A stretch of 62,947 bases of DNA, the filler included, from Rhabdomonas costata (lineage: Eukaryota): the NCBI GenBank assembly GCA_019059605.1. It is 20 parts of 20 records of this genome, joined end to end, with 100 filler letters (N's around TTAATTAATTAA, not from the genome) between each part and the next. Parts side by side here need not be neighbours in the genome. Positions count along the whole stretch, not along the records: positions 1 to 3,054 come from JAHMHO010001476.1; positions 3,155 to 6,206 come from JAHMHO010001477.1; positions 6,307 to 9,356 come from JAHMHO010001478.1; positions 9,457 to 12,507 come from JAHMHO010001479.1; positions 12,608 to 15,655 come from JAHMHO010001480.1; 15 more parts are not named here. One strand, written 5' to 3'. Numbering within the stretch: position 1 is the first letter of the stretch; each line of letters opens with the position of its first letter. Both the position numbers and the translations under genes were made by a program. This document shows positions 1-13,465 of the stretch, in pieces. The notes under the pieces are model-generated. The model worked only from the letters and a program-made list of their open reading frames with translations. It was not told where the DNA came from and did no database searches.

Positions 1-458
1 TAAGCAAAACGTATTTACATTTTTGTTATTTATAAGGCTAGCTCCACCCGGAAACTGAGAGATTAGTCTGTAACATTCCGAACAGAAGTCTTTTACCCTG
101 TTTTTATGCCGCTGGTCTCAAAAATGTAGTGTACGTGGAGATGAGCGCAGCCCGTAGATGAGGGTTTGACCTGGGAGGCAAAATACGGTAATGGAAAGGA
201 GCTTTGCGCGCCGAAGGTGCGGAGATTTTTAGGAGTAAATCTCCAGTCATTTCATACTTTTAGTTACACAGTGCAAAGGCGAAGTTTCGGCCTCAAGAAC
301 AGTGGTTTTAAAGATGACATGGGCCTGTTTCGGGTGGACGGCGTGCACCTTCATCGCCAAACATCAGCCGGCACATGACTGCCCTGATTTAATGCCGCTC
401 ATCCCTAAACCCAGTGCTTGAACGGCTCCTGATACTGAGTGTCCCTCCCCAACATTAG

Positions 459-2313
459 GTTTCTGCTTCCGACGTCTTTGATCATCGCCAACGACATCTT
501 CGCGTACCTGTGCGGAAAGTACTTTGGGCGGCACCGGTTGATCGAACTGAGCCCAAAGAAGACCTGGGAGGGCTTCATCGGGGGCGCGATCTGCACCGTC
601 CTCTTCGGGCTTTATGTGCGTCAGCATATCTGGAACCCCATCTTGTTGATTGAATAACTCAACCTTCCCCCATAAACACCATTTCACACACGCACAGCAC
701 TGCAGAGGGAAGTGTTTCGAAGTGGAACCAAAGGAGAACCCTTGCCCACACACATTCCTTCACCAGGAAAAGCCTGCATGGCTGGCAACTTGAAACGAGT
801 ATGTTCCACTATCGTCTTGCCTTCCACAGTTTAGCTGGCAGCTGACGTGGTGGGACCGCATGATTTGCACCAAAGAGGTGTCCCCCTCCCCCGCTCGTCT
901 TTCCCCAACCTTTCTCCGTTATCTGTCATTGGCGTGGGCTCCGCTTATGTTTGGAGGCTTATGGGTGCCACTGCTTGTGAATTGTTTTCCGAAGGACACG
1001 GAGTGCAGAATGGAACCTCTCACCTTCTTCGATACTGTATTATGGCTTGTTTTTGATTCCCCTCCGCTAATTTATGCCGAACGAAAAGGAAAGCAAAGAA
1101 CAAAACTTAACGGTTACCACCCCTCCCCCACCACTTTAGGATTAATTGTGATCTTAGTAAAAACCTGATGTGCCAAGGCTGGCTGTTTTCGCGCTTCTGC
1201 TTGTCATTCTTTGCCCATGCTTCTGCTGTAATGGGTGACGCTCCCTGCCTGCAGGACTTCATGAAGCCTCTGGACTGCGACCAGAGCAAAATGTTCCTGT
1301 ATAACACGTACAAGCTCCCTGTCTTTGTCCGCAATGCCTGCAATTTGGTATCATATGCTCCGGCGTGAGTTGACTTGTAGTTATGGTAAATCCCCCGACG
1401 GGGCTGATCTGGACCGGGAAGTGAGAGGGTGGGGGTAAAGCTCCGCCCCCTCTCCAAAAACATTCTGCTGGTCTCACATGGATTCGCTTGTCCGCTAACT
1501 AGTAGTAAGTCGGTGAAAAATGAACTGTCTTCGCCCTAGGGTATGTTTCCACTAGGTTATCGGTACTTCCTTTCAAAGGCTCGCATGACGCGTGGTCCGC
1601 CTTTGGGTGCTTTTTTTGTGAAGGAATGCCAGGGCTATTGGCCTTTGCGTAGTTGTGGTAAAGAATGTAAGAAGAATGTGAGGGCCGTTCTTGGGCGTGC
1701 TGACTGTGGAGCTGCTTCCTCTTATTGTTATTTGCCCCCTGTGCTGTCAGCCCTATGCCCTCGGAGTCTGCTGGTGTGCTTATGTGTGTGGGCGCGTACG
1801 GTCTGCCTGCGCTCAGCTTGGGCTGCCCTGGGAGACCGTCACGCTGCTTCCCATCCAGCTGCACTCTCTGGCCTTCTCCGCGTTTGCCTCTTTGGTGGCT
1901 CCCTTTGGAGGCTTCTTCGCTAGTGGCCTCAAGCGGGCGTTCAAGATCAAGGCCCGATCAAGCTTTGCCTCTCTCTCTCTCTCTCTCTCGTTGTCTTGTC
2001 GTTCTCTTGTGTTGGGGGGAGGTCACAGGAAGACTTCTGGCGAAATGTGGACGTGAAGGTCTTTCAAGTGCCTTCATGACCAAACCTGTCTCTGCTGTGA
2101 CCCCCTCCTCCTGCCCTTTTCCATGCTTCCTATTTTGCTCAGGACTTTGGGGATGTCATCCCCGGCCACGGCGGAATCACGGACCGCATGGACTGCCAGG
2201 GGCTGATGGCCACGTTCACCGCGGTGTACCTCAAGAACTTTGTTCTCTCACAGGGGGGGTTCTGCTCCAGCCTGTCTCTGCTGCTGCACTGCACTTGGAG
2301 GCTGCCGCTGAAG
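459..2313 (+). CDS. CDS1: Phosphatidate cytidylyltransferase / CDP-diacylglycerol synthase, partial, >=5 exons (459-615, 830-877, 1255-1347, 1817-1951, 2143-2313)
   Basis: Spliced peptides carry family motifs: [73 protein letters not shown]. Introns are GT-AG except 1952-2142 (GC-AG). Confidence 0.93.
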
Positions 2314-3054
2314 GTCTGCCCTTGCGTACTGCTCTCGTCGTTCCCAAAAACAAAACAAGGGAAACAACAAAAGACGGACTCGTCAGTTGCGTGAAGACGC
2401 GGTGCGCACCCACCCACACCCACACCTACAATCAAGGATAAACTCCCAGCACTGCCTGTGTGCCGACATGTGGCAGCATAACTGCCTGATGGTCTGGCTG
2501 GTGCATTGGAAAAGGCCTGAAACGTCCATGATACGGAGACCGAAAGGACGCGAGTTGGGCTCATGGACAACCTCAGAAGCGCTCTGCCACCCACTCCAGT
2601 GCTGGCTTGAAGTACTTCTGTTACTCCTGCTCTGAGATAAATAAAGAAGCCCTGACGTCTCAGATGCACGTGTGGGAAGGTCGAAAAAGAGTTTGCTCAC
2701 TGAGGCCCTTCAAAATGCGGCTGAGGTGAAAAGTCTGAGAGGCCTGAGAGGCCGCCCAAACACTAAGCACAGCAGCAAACCACCTCAACCTTTTAATATG
2801 ACGTTGGGATGTGGTCGAAGAGAGTTTTTGAGTCTGGGAAGCTGTTACCAAACTGGACTCGGGAGTTTTTTTTCTGGTCCAATCGTCCTCCAGTCCCAGG
2901 GGGCAATTTGATTCCATCGAGTGAATAGCGCACGTGCACGTGTGGGTCTCCTCTGCCTGACGTTTCTCTCTGTGTGTCAACGGCCCGATGAGCCCATAAC
3001 CCATACAGGGTAGGGAGCCCAATCGGAAAAGAATCGCTAGTCTTCCCAACCACA

Positions 3055-3154
3055 NNNNNNNNNNNNNNNNNNNNNNNNNNNNNNNNNNNNNNNNNNNNTT
3101 AATTAATTAANNNNNNNNNNNNNNNNNNNNNNNNNNNNNNNNNNNNNNNNNNNN
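3055..3154. other. Artificial contig-joining spacer, first of 19 (others start at 6207, 9357, 12508, 15656, 18810, 21959, 25142, 28293, 31442, 34589, 37735, 40881, 44027, 47179, 50322, 53471, 56662, 59806)
   Basis: Identical 44N-TTAATTAATTAA-44N block with stops in all six frames, recurring every ~3.15 kb; genes are cut off at each one. Confidence 0.99.
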
Positions 3155-5777
3155 GGCTGGCATTTTGGCATCATTTAGATGGAAGCAGCGAACAAGCCAA
3201 CAGGCCAAAACAAGAAAGAAGTACACAGGTTACGTGAAGAATAGCAGTGTCGGACTTCAGTCTATCTGCCGCAAGAATGGGTTGGAGTGTCGGCATCAAA
3301 GCTTAACTGCTGAGTCAGCACAAGAAAGGAACCCGCCATCTGATCCAACTACTCGTTGTTTCTTTTGGCGGTCTTTTCCAGCCGCTAAAGCCTAAGGCTC
3401 CAGAGAAGAAACTCTACATCTGCAGCGAGTGATGGGCCTGAGATAATCGGCTTCATATGACATTGAGAACTCCATCACTGGCATAACAGCCCCCGGTGAA
3501 GTAAATTTTCAGATCCTTCATTGACAGGACCTCACCCACACACAAATGAGGCTTTGCTTGAGCCATCACTTGATTTGGGAAAACACCACCTCAATGGACC
3601 CACATCGCCCTCTAATCCCCTGCGAAACGAATCGCCTCTACAAAGCCAGAGTACCATGACCTACTCGTGATGCGGGGGAGGGGGATCCAGGATGCACCCG
3701 CGCCCAGCGTGGGGGAGAGGTTGGGGAGCCTCCACCCCCTCCTTAGCACTGTGTGTGTGTGTGCAAGTTGTCGGGGAACGTACACCACCATCAAAACTCC
3801 ATGTAAAGGTGCTCTTCAAATCCATGAGGGAGAACTGTACACAGATATGGAGCCATGGTGAGGGCTCCGGGTTGCGCGTCGTCAACTTTATCCAAAGTCG
3901 GATGGGGGAGTCTCCATGTGGCGGAGGTGGAGACGGCCTACCCTAGGCCGGCCAATCTCCCAACGCCTGCCCTGACCTGGGGGAAGTCTCCGCTGGTTAG
4001 GTTGGCGGCGAACACGCCCCCAGGAATGGATATATGCTGGGTAGTCTGGGAGGATCGGTTGCAAACCGCCTTGGGTCTCTCACGGTCCCGAGCCGGCACA
4101 ATACACGCCCTGTTCTACCAGAGGGGCAGGGACTTCCTTCAGGGTAGTCGCTGCACGGTTGCAGAGTACACGCCTCCGAGGGCGGTTGTTTGGTGGTCTG
4201 CAAAGGTTCGCCTGCGCAGTACATGCCTTCTTCCGTATCTGGGCCGCCAAAGTCGCTCATGAAAACCACCAGATAGGGCGCTGTCCTGGGAGCAGCTCTG
4301 GTGGCATCCCCGAACTGGACTGGACTGAGAGGAGCTCCGTTCTCCGGCGTTGGGGTCACGTCACGGTGCTGACGTGGCGAGTGCCATCCCAGCGGGCTCG
4401 TGCAAGTCGGACTCTGGGCCCCGATACCAACCCGTTCGCCTACCTGTACACCGAGGACTGTACACAGATATGGAAGGCATTCGTGATTTTTTGTGTGGGT
4501 CGTTTCCATTCGTTCCACCCGCCGCCCCGCGGCCCGTGTTGGCCGCGTCTGCTTCCTACTCCATCGGGCTGCTTGAGAGCTTCCATTTGGCAGGCTCCCA
4601 GACATCCGACCCGACCAACCGATCACAAACAGCTTTTCTTCCACCAAATGCTTGCTTGCTGTCTCTCCAAGCTTCCTGCCTCAGTGTGTCATTCCACACA
4701 CAGTCCCGCAGACCACTGCTGTACAAGCAACCGAAAAATCTACAAACGTCAGCACCCCAACAAAGGCACCAAACCCTCGCGGTCACACATACACACATTT
4801 AGTATATGGCCATAAGCACCACCCTCATTGTGCCTCCGCACAACTAAAATGTCAAGGAATAGTCAAGGACACGAGAAAAATTGCAATAAAAATAATCTGA
4901 TCAAGAGGTTGGGGCTCTAAGCCGGCAAAATATTCACCGATCCCAGAGCAAGTTGGTCAACAAGAGCCCTTGTCCAGGTTTGCAGGAACTCAACGAAAAC
5001 CGAAACTATGAAAACTATATATTAGGTCGTACAATCCTCGAACAGCACACCACAACAAGACAGAGATACAAAATACTTCAGAGTGATGATTTCAGAGAAG
5101 CTGATCTTTTGTCTCTCTGTACGCTGCTTTGTGCGTGAAAGAAAGCAAAGAAGAAAATGCCGAGCGAATCCGTAACCGAGTGTCTCAGCAGCAATCAGCT
5201 CTTTTCAAGATTTCAGGCCAATATTGAATTTAAATCGATCGGAATGCAATAAACCTGAATGCAAAACTACCTCTGCAAACCGGGTGGGTGAGCGGGATCA
5301 ATTGAACAATGAGAGCATCAAGGAATAATATCACCAATCACCGAAGTTAGCTGCAAAACAGCGTGCAGGCCACATTGCAGGACATTAAATTATCATTGAC
5401 AAAAATCGGTCAGGAAATTGAAACGGCAGAAAAGAAGCAGAGCTCAAACCTCCACAGAAAAACAGTAGAATTCGATTCAGTCGGTAAATTGCAGTCATTA
5501 CGTTGCTCACTGCATTTTACATAAACAAATCCTGAAAACTCCCTGATGAAAAACCAGCAAACCCAGCATTTTGAACCTGATCTGGCATATTTGTTCTCCA
5601 TTGCCTGTTTCAAGATTTAAAAGAAGTCATCAAAACGCATATCAAGAGCGTCTGCCGTGCCATTGCTGCGCTTTTTTTTTTTTTGGAAACGGACAAATCT
5701 CTCCAACCTCACTTCAGCGCCCCTAACACCGCTCCCTTCCTCCGTCATCCGTTCTCGCACCGGCATCTCCATCTCCG

Positions 5778-6138
5778 TCATTCCATATTATGATCGTCCA
5801 AATCAACTACAACTGGTCTGAAAGCGGGTTCCAATACACAGTTGAGTACGCAAAACAAATGTTGTCGAGGAAACTTCCCAGGAGACTTTTCACGAAGTGC
5901 ACTTTTAATGATTTTGCTTCCCTTCAATCCGCCATCTGCTGTCAGACTGGTCACGAAACCTATGTGAACCGGTATGCATTCGTTTTCAACGAACTGACTT
6001 TGCCTTTCGGTCGCAGGAACCAAAAAGGAAACATAAAACATTTACTTCCATACCATCCGCTGTTGCCTGCTTAATTGCCTCCTCCACAGCGTCCACCACG
6101 TCAGCGACGTTCTCCACCAAAATGGGCCGCATCCAATC
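5778..6138 (-). CDS. Last two exons of an unidentified protein (6138-6054, 5806-5778)
   Basis: tag|DWMRPILVENVADVVDAVEEAIKQATAD G|gtatgg...tag|VDLDDHNME*. Phase-compatible GT-AG intron; no family recognised. Confidence 0.45.
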
Positions 6139-6479
6139 CTACCGCACAAGTGAAATGGACCCTGGGTGAAAAGGCTCGTATTGGAGCCAAGCACCACTAC
6201 CAAAAANNNNNNNNNNNNNNNNNNNNNNNNNNNNNNNNNNNNNNNNNNNNTTAATTAATTAANNNNNNNNNNNNNNNNNNNNNNNNNNNNNNNNNNNNNN
6301 NNNNNNGTGGGGGTGGGTTCTGGCTCACGCCAGTGCACACGCACACACCTGAAATTGGTTCGTGTAATCCCCTCCCTATGTTGGTTCTTTGCTTGATGTT
6401 TGCTTCTTGGTTGTTGACGTTTGCCCGTGGACCTTGTGATGTTGCGGATGTCACTCAGTCTGCCCATGTTTTTTTTTAG

Positions 6480-8625
6480 GTGACAGCCTTTTGCAGGACA
6501 TCGCCGTGACATTCTACGCCAACACACGGGGAGCTTATCGAGGTAAGGTTCACCGTTGTGTTCAACGACAGTTTTTATTTCGCTATACGTTATACGTTAT
6601 ACGATATACGCAGGTTCCCTCAGGTCGGCATACATTGCTTCGTTTTTCGTGGTTGGGGTATCACACCTTTTTCACAGTTCATCTTCCTCCCCATCATTCC
6701 TTGCTGCTTATTCCCTTCGCTACTTTTTCTCTCTTCCCTCTCCGTTCTTCTCTGTTCTCGCTGCAGACCCCATTCACATCTGCTCCACATGCTTGCAGAC
6801 CGCTGCTGAGTGAACATACAAACCCACACATCATTCGTACTCCACCAGTGTTGCCCCCCCTCCTCTCAACGACCGTGAATGAAGTTAACAAAATGCTACT
6901 TTCTTCCCACTGGACCGCTTTCAGCTCCAAATTCGATTTTTTTGGGACGGTTGGAGAATCGATGCCCCGCAGAAGAGACGAGAGATGGCAGGTTGGTTAT
7001 GGATGTAATGGTGGATGTGTTGCTGTGTTGTTGTTGGTGTGAAGTCACATTTCCTGTCATCTTATTACATTCGTCAGTTTGTGGTTCGGATCACTTAAGG
7101 TCGTCTGTGTTCAAAAGGCATGCGCGGATGGAGGGTCAGAAACTCCTCAGTTACCTTAAATCTCTAAAATTGGATGTAGATGTTTGCGGACGTATTTCGT
7201 TGCTTTGGTTGTGCGTTAGTCGAGGGCAAGCATGGGTTTCCGTTCAGCTCAGCTCATATCAAACGCCAGGGGAAAAGATGGTTTTTTGGGGGGTCGGGCT
7301 TGCGTTCTTTTTGGGGCTTCTCCTCGGGACATTGTGCTTTGCAGGTCGGACGGTGCATCTGCCCGTCGGAGCCATACAAAGGGAGCGCGGTCCTCTTCGC
7401 GGACCATTCTTCGAGAGACTACTTGGGAAAGCCAGCCTTCCTGTGTGCCGAAGACAGGCCCTGCACGTTGTGAAGGCCCCCACGCTTTTTTGGAACCCAG
7501 GGTTTGGCTTCTTACAGCGCATTTTGGAAAGCTATTCTACTCCCCTTCCGGTGATTGTAATTGGAGTGGGCGCTCATTACTTTGGTTCGTTTTTGCTATT
7601 GCTTTCAGTTACAATTATCGTCTTCATTTGATGCAAGTCGCTTCCACTTGCTGTTTACCGTGGATGGGTGCTGCCTATTTTGTGGCAGGTGTTGCTGCCC
7701 AGAATATCTCCAAAGTTAGTATTGCGGTGGATGAGTTCGCAGTTTTCCGGAGACAGTTTCATCAGCACCCCATTATTTGGATCACTCAGAGTGCTGGGCA
7801 TCCGAACTGTGAGAAGTTTCCCTCGCAACCCTTGGGAAACGTTCCAGCGGTGGTGGCGGAATACATTCGAAACAACACGATGTATGGCTGGGACCGCTTG
7901 ATTGCCTTACGGGATTTGATTCTCAAAGATCAGGTGCGGTAGTGACGTCCTGTTGTACTTGTTATTTCCCTAGTGTACGTTGAACCTCCCGCAAACAAAT
8001 TCCATAATTGGGATTTCCCGTGGGTAAAAACAGCCGTTCAATGGAGTTCTGCGAGATTGTTCGTACCCTGTCCTGTCCTGTCTTACCACATCTAATACCC
8101 CCGACCGCACACTTGTAGTACCCACACACATCAAATAAAAAACTGCAAGAGGTCAGAAGGACAAAGCAGGACGTCTCTTCTGATTACTGGCATCCAAATC
8201 TGAAAGGTTGGAACCTCCTCCCCTTTGCACCTCACCTTTCTGTCAGAAAATCTCAACGAAACGAAATCTAGTAGTTTTCCGCCGGCTGCCCTGGATGGCA
8301 AGTTTTAGCATGAGTCTGCCCCTGTCTGAAAACATGAGACATGCTACGACACGTGCACACTTGTGTGGTACGTGGCTTTTCCTCTATTCCACGGACGGAA
8401 AAATCGCAGTGGTAGAAGAGAGAATTTCTGGCTTTGCAGGTGAATTGGGCGCACAACCACATTTTGGTGGACCAGTTCCCTTTGCTTCTTCTGCGACCTG
8501 ATGTACACGTAATGAATCGGGGTTACCGTGACAAAAACCTCATGGACTGCTTGCACTTCTGCGTCTCTCCTAGCCCCCTTGATACAACTGCTGTCCTGCT
8601 ACTAAGCGCCCTTCAATTCATTTAG
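6480..8625 (+). CDS. PC-esterase / TBL-like SGNH-fold O-acyltransferase or esterase, 5'-partial, 4 exons (~6480-6547, 7458-7584, 7689-7933, 8440-8625)
   Basis: Catalytic GDS (GDSLLQDIA), VIVIGVGAHY, and C-terminal LRPDVH...DCLHFC (family RxDxH...DCxHWC); phase-compatible GT-AG introns. Confidence 0.75.
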
Positions 8626-10175
8626 TGCTGGTCTCGACGGCGACGGAAAGGTCCACGACAACTGTGCAGATTTCTTAACATTGGCGAGAAGTATACGGAG
8701 CTGTGTGTGTTCTCGTGTTGGCATGATGGTCATTTGAAGCTGGGCTTGCTGTGGTAAACTGTTTTGACGGCTTATCTCTGGTCGAGATTGCCATGCCTCT
8801 TCCTGCCTTTGCCCCTTCCCCTGGGAGGGGGAGCTGGTGTGGCTCGCCGTTTCTTCATTCATACGGAAGCCCTGTCCATCGATTGGAGGACTTTAGGTTT
8901 GCCCCTCTATTTCGGGATTGCTTTTACGCGGGAGTGTGCAAGGACGTGTGTGGACCGTGTGTCAATAATTTTTGTTTTTACGCCGACCCCTCTCGGTGAC
9001 GCTGTAAATTAACAGAAAGGTCTCATGACAATTAGTGCTGCCCAGTGCAAGTGGCAGCTGCCGCTTGAGAGCTTGAAGCATCACTGCGAAGCCGTTGTGA
9101 AACCCTCATGAGGTGGGAGAGATGGGAAAACGCTTCCGATGAGTTTACCATCTCCGAAAAAACACCATTGCTGCAGAATTTATCAAATTCGGCGGCTGGT
9201 ACAAGATGCTAAAAATGATAATAATAACAATATAATTGAGGAAACCTAAATATATGTACGCTCGGCACAAAATAAACAAATACAATTTACACAAAGCAAC
9301 GCGAGATCCGGGTGAAACGCAAACGGCGCACAGATGAGGAGAAGTTCTGAAATTCTNNNNNNNNNNNNNNNNNNNNNNNNNNNNNNNNNNNNNNNNNNNN
9401 TTAATTAATTAANNNNNNNNNNNNNNNNNNNNNNNNNNNNNNNNNNNNNNNNNNNNTGTTGTGGTTGATGAGCAACTTCCGCTTCTTTTCGCAAGGCTCA
9501 CAGAAAGAGAGCTGAAATCAAATGCATGTTGTTTCCTAGCTTTCTGCCTTCCCGGCAAGTTCGGGGGGTTCCCAGTGTGGCCTCGGCCGGAGCAGTGCTT
9601 CTCTCTCTCTCTCTCTCTGGCGACCGGCTCAGACCTGGTGACAAAGAACAAAAGGCCCGGAGGAGAGTCACCACCTCAATGATGGGCTTTGTTGAGCAGT
9701 TTTTAAAAAAATCAAATGCAAATGCTCTTCCAACCGTTAGGAGCCAGACCTTTACTCTAAACGTGAAATCTCGCTTGCAAGACCTGTGCTTAAACTCACC
9801 AGACCTTTGCTTTTTACCTTTGGATTGTTGAACTTCCATTTTTTGTTATGACCGATTTCCCTTTTCTGCAGTTTTTCTGAAGCAACTGTTAAGGCTTTGT
9901 TTTTTTTTTTGGCGCGTTGAAGGATGCTGAAGAGATGCAGGCTGGCCTTGCTTGAAGTCAAGAAAAACAAGAGCAAAAAGTTTCAACATGGGGTGCTGGA
10001 CAAGGACATGCCCATACCCCCGCTGAACAAGCAGTCGATGCTAACGTTGGCCCCACCACCACCTTTCCTTTGCCACAGTTTTGCACAATGATTGGGTGCG
10101 CCGATAAAGAAAATTCAGATGTGGCATCAAATGGCGTAAGATAGTGTCGCAAAAAAAAAACTACTCATATTTCAG

Positions 10176-11450
10176 TCGCAGCCGGAGTCTCAGTGCCAAC
10201 CGTGGTACCGAAGAATTTCCGAAAGAGAATCGGACGATTTTCTGCCAGGGCAACAGCGAAGGGCAAATAAGCACAAACCTGTCCGAGAAATTCATTCGGC
10301 GTCGGATGGTGTCCAATTGCGGCAGGTGGCAGATACCCATTAGTTTGACCACCCCAATAACAAAGTGCTTCCCTCTCGCCCTCCGGGGGTCTGATTATGA
10401 ACGCTGTGGTGGAAGAACAGCTGCGTTTTCTGCAAGAATTACCTCTCCTTGCTTTGTTTTATACTTCAATGCCACCCACACTTACTTTGATCCGCTCGCA
10501 GGCAATCGTATAGGAACTTCAAAGACCATCTGAAGCTGTATGTTCCACTGCCTGCCTCTGTGCGACACAACCACTGCGCGCGATGACGTCATTCACTTCG
10601 GTCTGAAACTGAGTTGGGTCAGCATTTTCTTTTTCAGAGGGGCACTGGTGGATTTCCATCCCAGGCCGGCAACCACTAGGGGGTCGGGAATTTAAAAAGC
10701 CGAAGAATTATTTTCAGAAATGTTTGACTTTTAGTGTGAACTGTAAAGTTGCTGCGTGTACATTTTGCATCGATATACGAAGAGGCGGTGAGTGCGACTT
10801 TGAAACTCCCCCCCCCCACACACACATTGTCCCGTCGCAATAAGGCGGCCACTGTGTTTGCATTTGTGTGCACCCGCCGGTGGATGAGTTTCTTGAGCTT
10901 CTCTTGACTTGCACTTTCATTGTGACCCAAAAACACACACACGTTCTCCCCGCTTTTACCCAGGGAGTGGCAAAAAGTGCGACCACCCCCCGAGCTCCCG
11001 ACTGTACCTCGCTCGATGGCCTTTGGGTGGGACCCCAAAGAGCAAAAATGTGAGTGCTTTTTTTCCCTTTGTTACGCTTGCCCTGTGTGACCGTGCGCAG
11101 TCTGACCCAAACTGCACCATTTTTTCTGCATAAGCGTTGAAAGCAGCATTTCCAGTGCTGCTTGCTTTGCTCAGCCTTTTTTGGGCCGTTTATGTTGGAT
11201 CTTTTAGAACCTGCTTGTGTGGTCTTCTACTTCGGGCGAACGACTTCAGTGTCAGTTTCAGTAACGTCATGGATGCAACACACACCCTCATGATGATGAT
11301 GGTTTGCTGTGGGTCTTCCTGCGCGTGCCCAGTCGATCCAGCGAAGGCCTGGAAGGTGCCAAAGAACTATGTCCCCTTCCCCCGCGCTGAGGAGGTTACC
11401 GTGGAGGGGTACAAGCTGAAACGGTACCACAAGCCCGAGCACTACACCTG
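10176..11450 (+). CDS. 3' exons of a hypothetical protein (about 5 exons)
   Basis: Phase-consistent GT-AG chain giving ...NCGR|QSYRNFKDHLKL|GALVDFHPRPATTRG|EWQKVRPPPELPTVPRSMAFGWDPKEQK|FDPAKAWKVPKNYVPFPRAEEVTVEGYKLKRYHKPEHYT*; no family recognised. Confidence 0.5.
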
Positions 11451-13465
11451 AAAGCCTGCCATATGCTTCTGACTGTTCCTGACTGTGCGCGACTTGGCTT
11501 GGTGGATGTTCTGCCTGTACTTTTTGGTGTTAACCGCTAACGGCTTGTCCCGGCTTTCCAGTGTTGTTTGCGAGGAATGCAAAAGAACCCCCACACGTAC
11601 GGATCTCGCGGCAAACGGCAAACGAGTCGAACTCCTGCGGCAGTTCACACGTGATTTTCTGCTTAGTTTAGCTGTGATTGTTAGGAAGCGGTGACTCAGG
11701 ACGCAGGCTTGAACATTCTGGTGGAAGGAACGAAGGCATGGTGCTTGTCGACATGCCGTAGTAGAGAGTGTCTGCGAGTCGAGGGTGGTAGTGAGTCGGA
11801 GGAATGCATCAGGTGGGTTAAGGCATCACGTGAAGGCCTCAGGGTACGTGGAAGGCATCAAGGGTTCATCTTTACACTCTACGCATAGACAACGCTGGTA
11901 GAAGGCGTAACATCAACCCCTACCCTCACAGAATGCCTCGCCTCGACCTCCTGAACCCAAGAAACAAGAATGCCAAGAACCCCACACCATCACCAAGACA
12001 CATGCACTGTAGAAGCACTGACATCACCAACATCACCACACCCTCCAAAACACACGCACCCTCCAAAACACGAAGCCTGAAATCCTGACACGTAGCTCCA
12101 ACACAAACGCATGACTCAGCTTGACATCGCACCATGAACTCAGACTACGCTCCAACTTCAGACCTTCAACCCACAGACGCTCCAACCTCGAGACCTTCGA
12201 ACCATGAACCCTACGACCCCTCAAGACGTAAACCCTCGAAGCATGAACCCCAGCAGCCAACATCACCAAGTACACCATTAGCGCAAGCAACCATCACGTC
12301 ATCAACCCTCACGTCACCAACCCTCACAGCCACAGCCCCAGAACTCCACGCAGCACCTTCCAACATCCATCGACCCACGGAAGCAAGCACACCATCAAGC
12401 ACAACATCAACGTCACCACCAACACCCTCAGCGCCTCGAACCACCACACCCACCAACTGCAACACACCCTCCAACCCAAGCACATCCACAGAGCCATGAA
12501 CCAACGTNNNNNNNNNNNNNNNNNNNNNNNNNNNNNNNNNNNNNNNNNNNNTTAATTAATTAANNNNNNNNNNNNNNNNNNNNNNNNNNNNNNNNNNNNN
12601 NNNNNNNGTGTTGGGTGCGTTTGGTGGTGGTGTGGTGGTGGTGATGGTGGTGGTGGGAGGGGAGAGAGAAATGAAGGAACAGGAGCATGAAAAACGGGAC
12701 CGGGTCCAGGGAAACGAACTCTCTCCGTCCGAATGTGCGACCGGCGGCTCCAACAAAAAGGACTTCCTTGCGGCAAGAAGAGGGTTGGTCACGTGAGTGA
12801 CACAGGGTAGGCCATGAACGAGGTCCCGGCGTTCAAAAAGGTGCTGAAATCCAACCCAGGTAGATGCCCCTCAATAAAAAATACTCAATAGATTGATGTT
12901 GCGATGCGCACGCACAACATTCAAATAGAGTCCAAAATACAACCTGCGCAGGGGGGGGGGGAAGGAACGCGAAAGCAGTCGGCAGTGAGGGCACTCTTAC
13001 CCATCCATAGAGACGCCGTTTAGCGCAAGAATCGCGGCGTCGCACTCCGCAGTGGTGCTGTACCTGTTTCCAAACAGGAACCCATAAACAATGACAAAAT
13101 CCAAAAGAACGGTCGGAATGGGAAAAAAATCCGCTTACTGAGATCCGGCAAGGCGTAGCGCGAGAAAAGTTCACTGCCACGTCAGCATCGAAAAATCTGC
13201 AGCGTCGAGGGGTGGCTCAGAGAGCAGTCCCGGACGACTCGAAAATGAAATGCTGAGCAAAAAAATCGGGAACCACCAGCTGCAAGACCCAACAGTGGAG
13301 TGGTAACGGTTTCGGCAAACAGGAGCAGATAGCTGAGGCTCCGTCGGGTATGGCAAGGCTTTAAGTCCCTTAACCGGGGTATACCTTTGTCACTGTCATG
13401 TTATGTCGGGGTCCGAGAAAACTCTACATCACCCTCCCACCAAATGCCTGATGTCACACACGCAC

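Noticed and set aside
12134-12499. Thr/Ser/Pro-rich mucin-like ORF
   Set aside because: Lies in C/A-skewed low-complexity DNA that is naturally stop-poor; no signal peptide or splice context.
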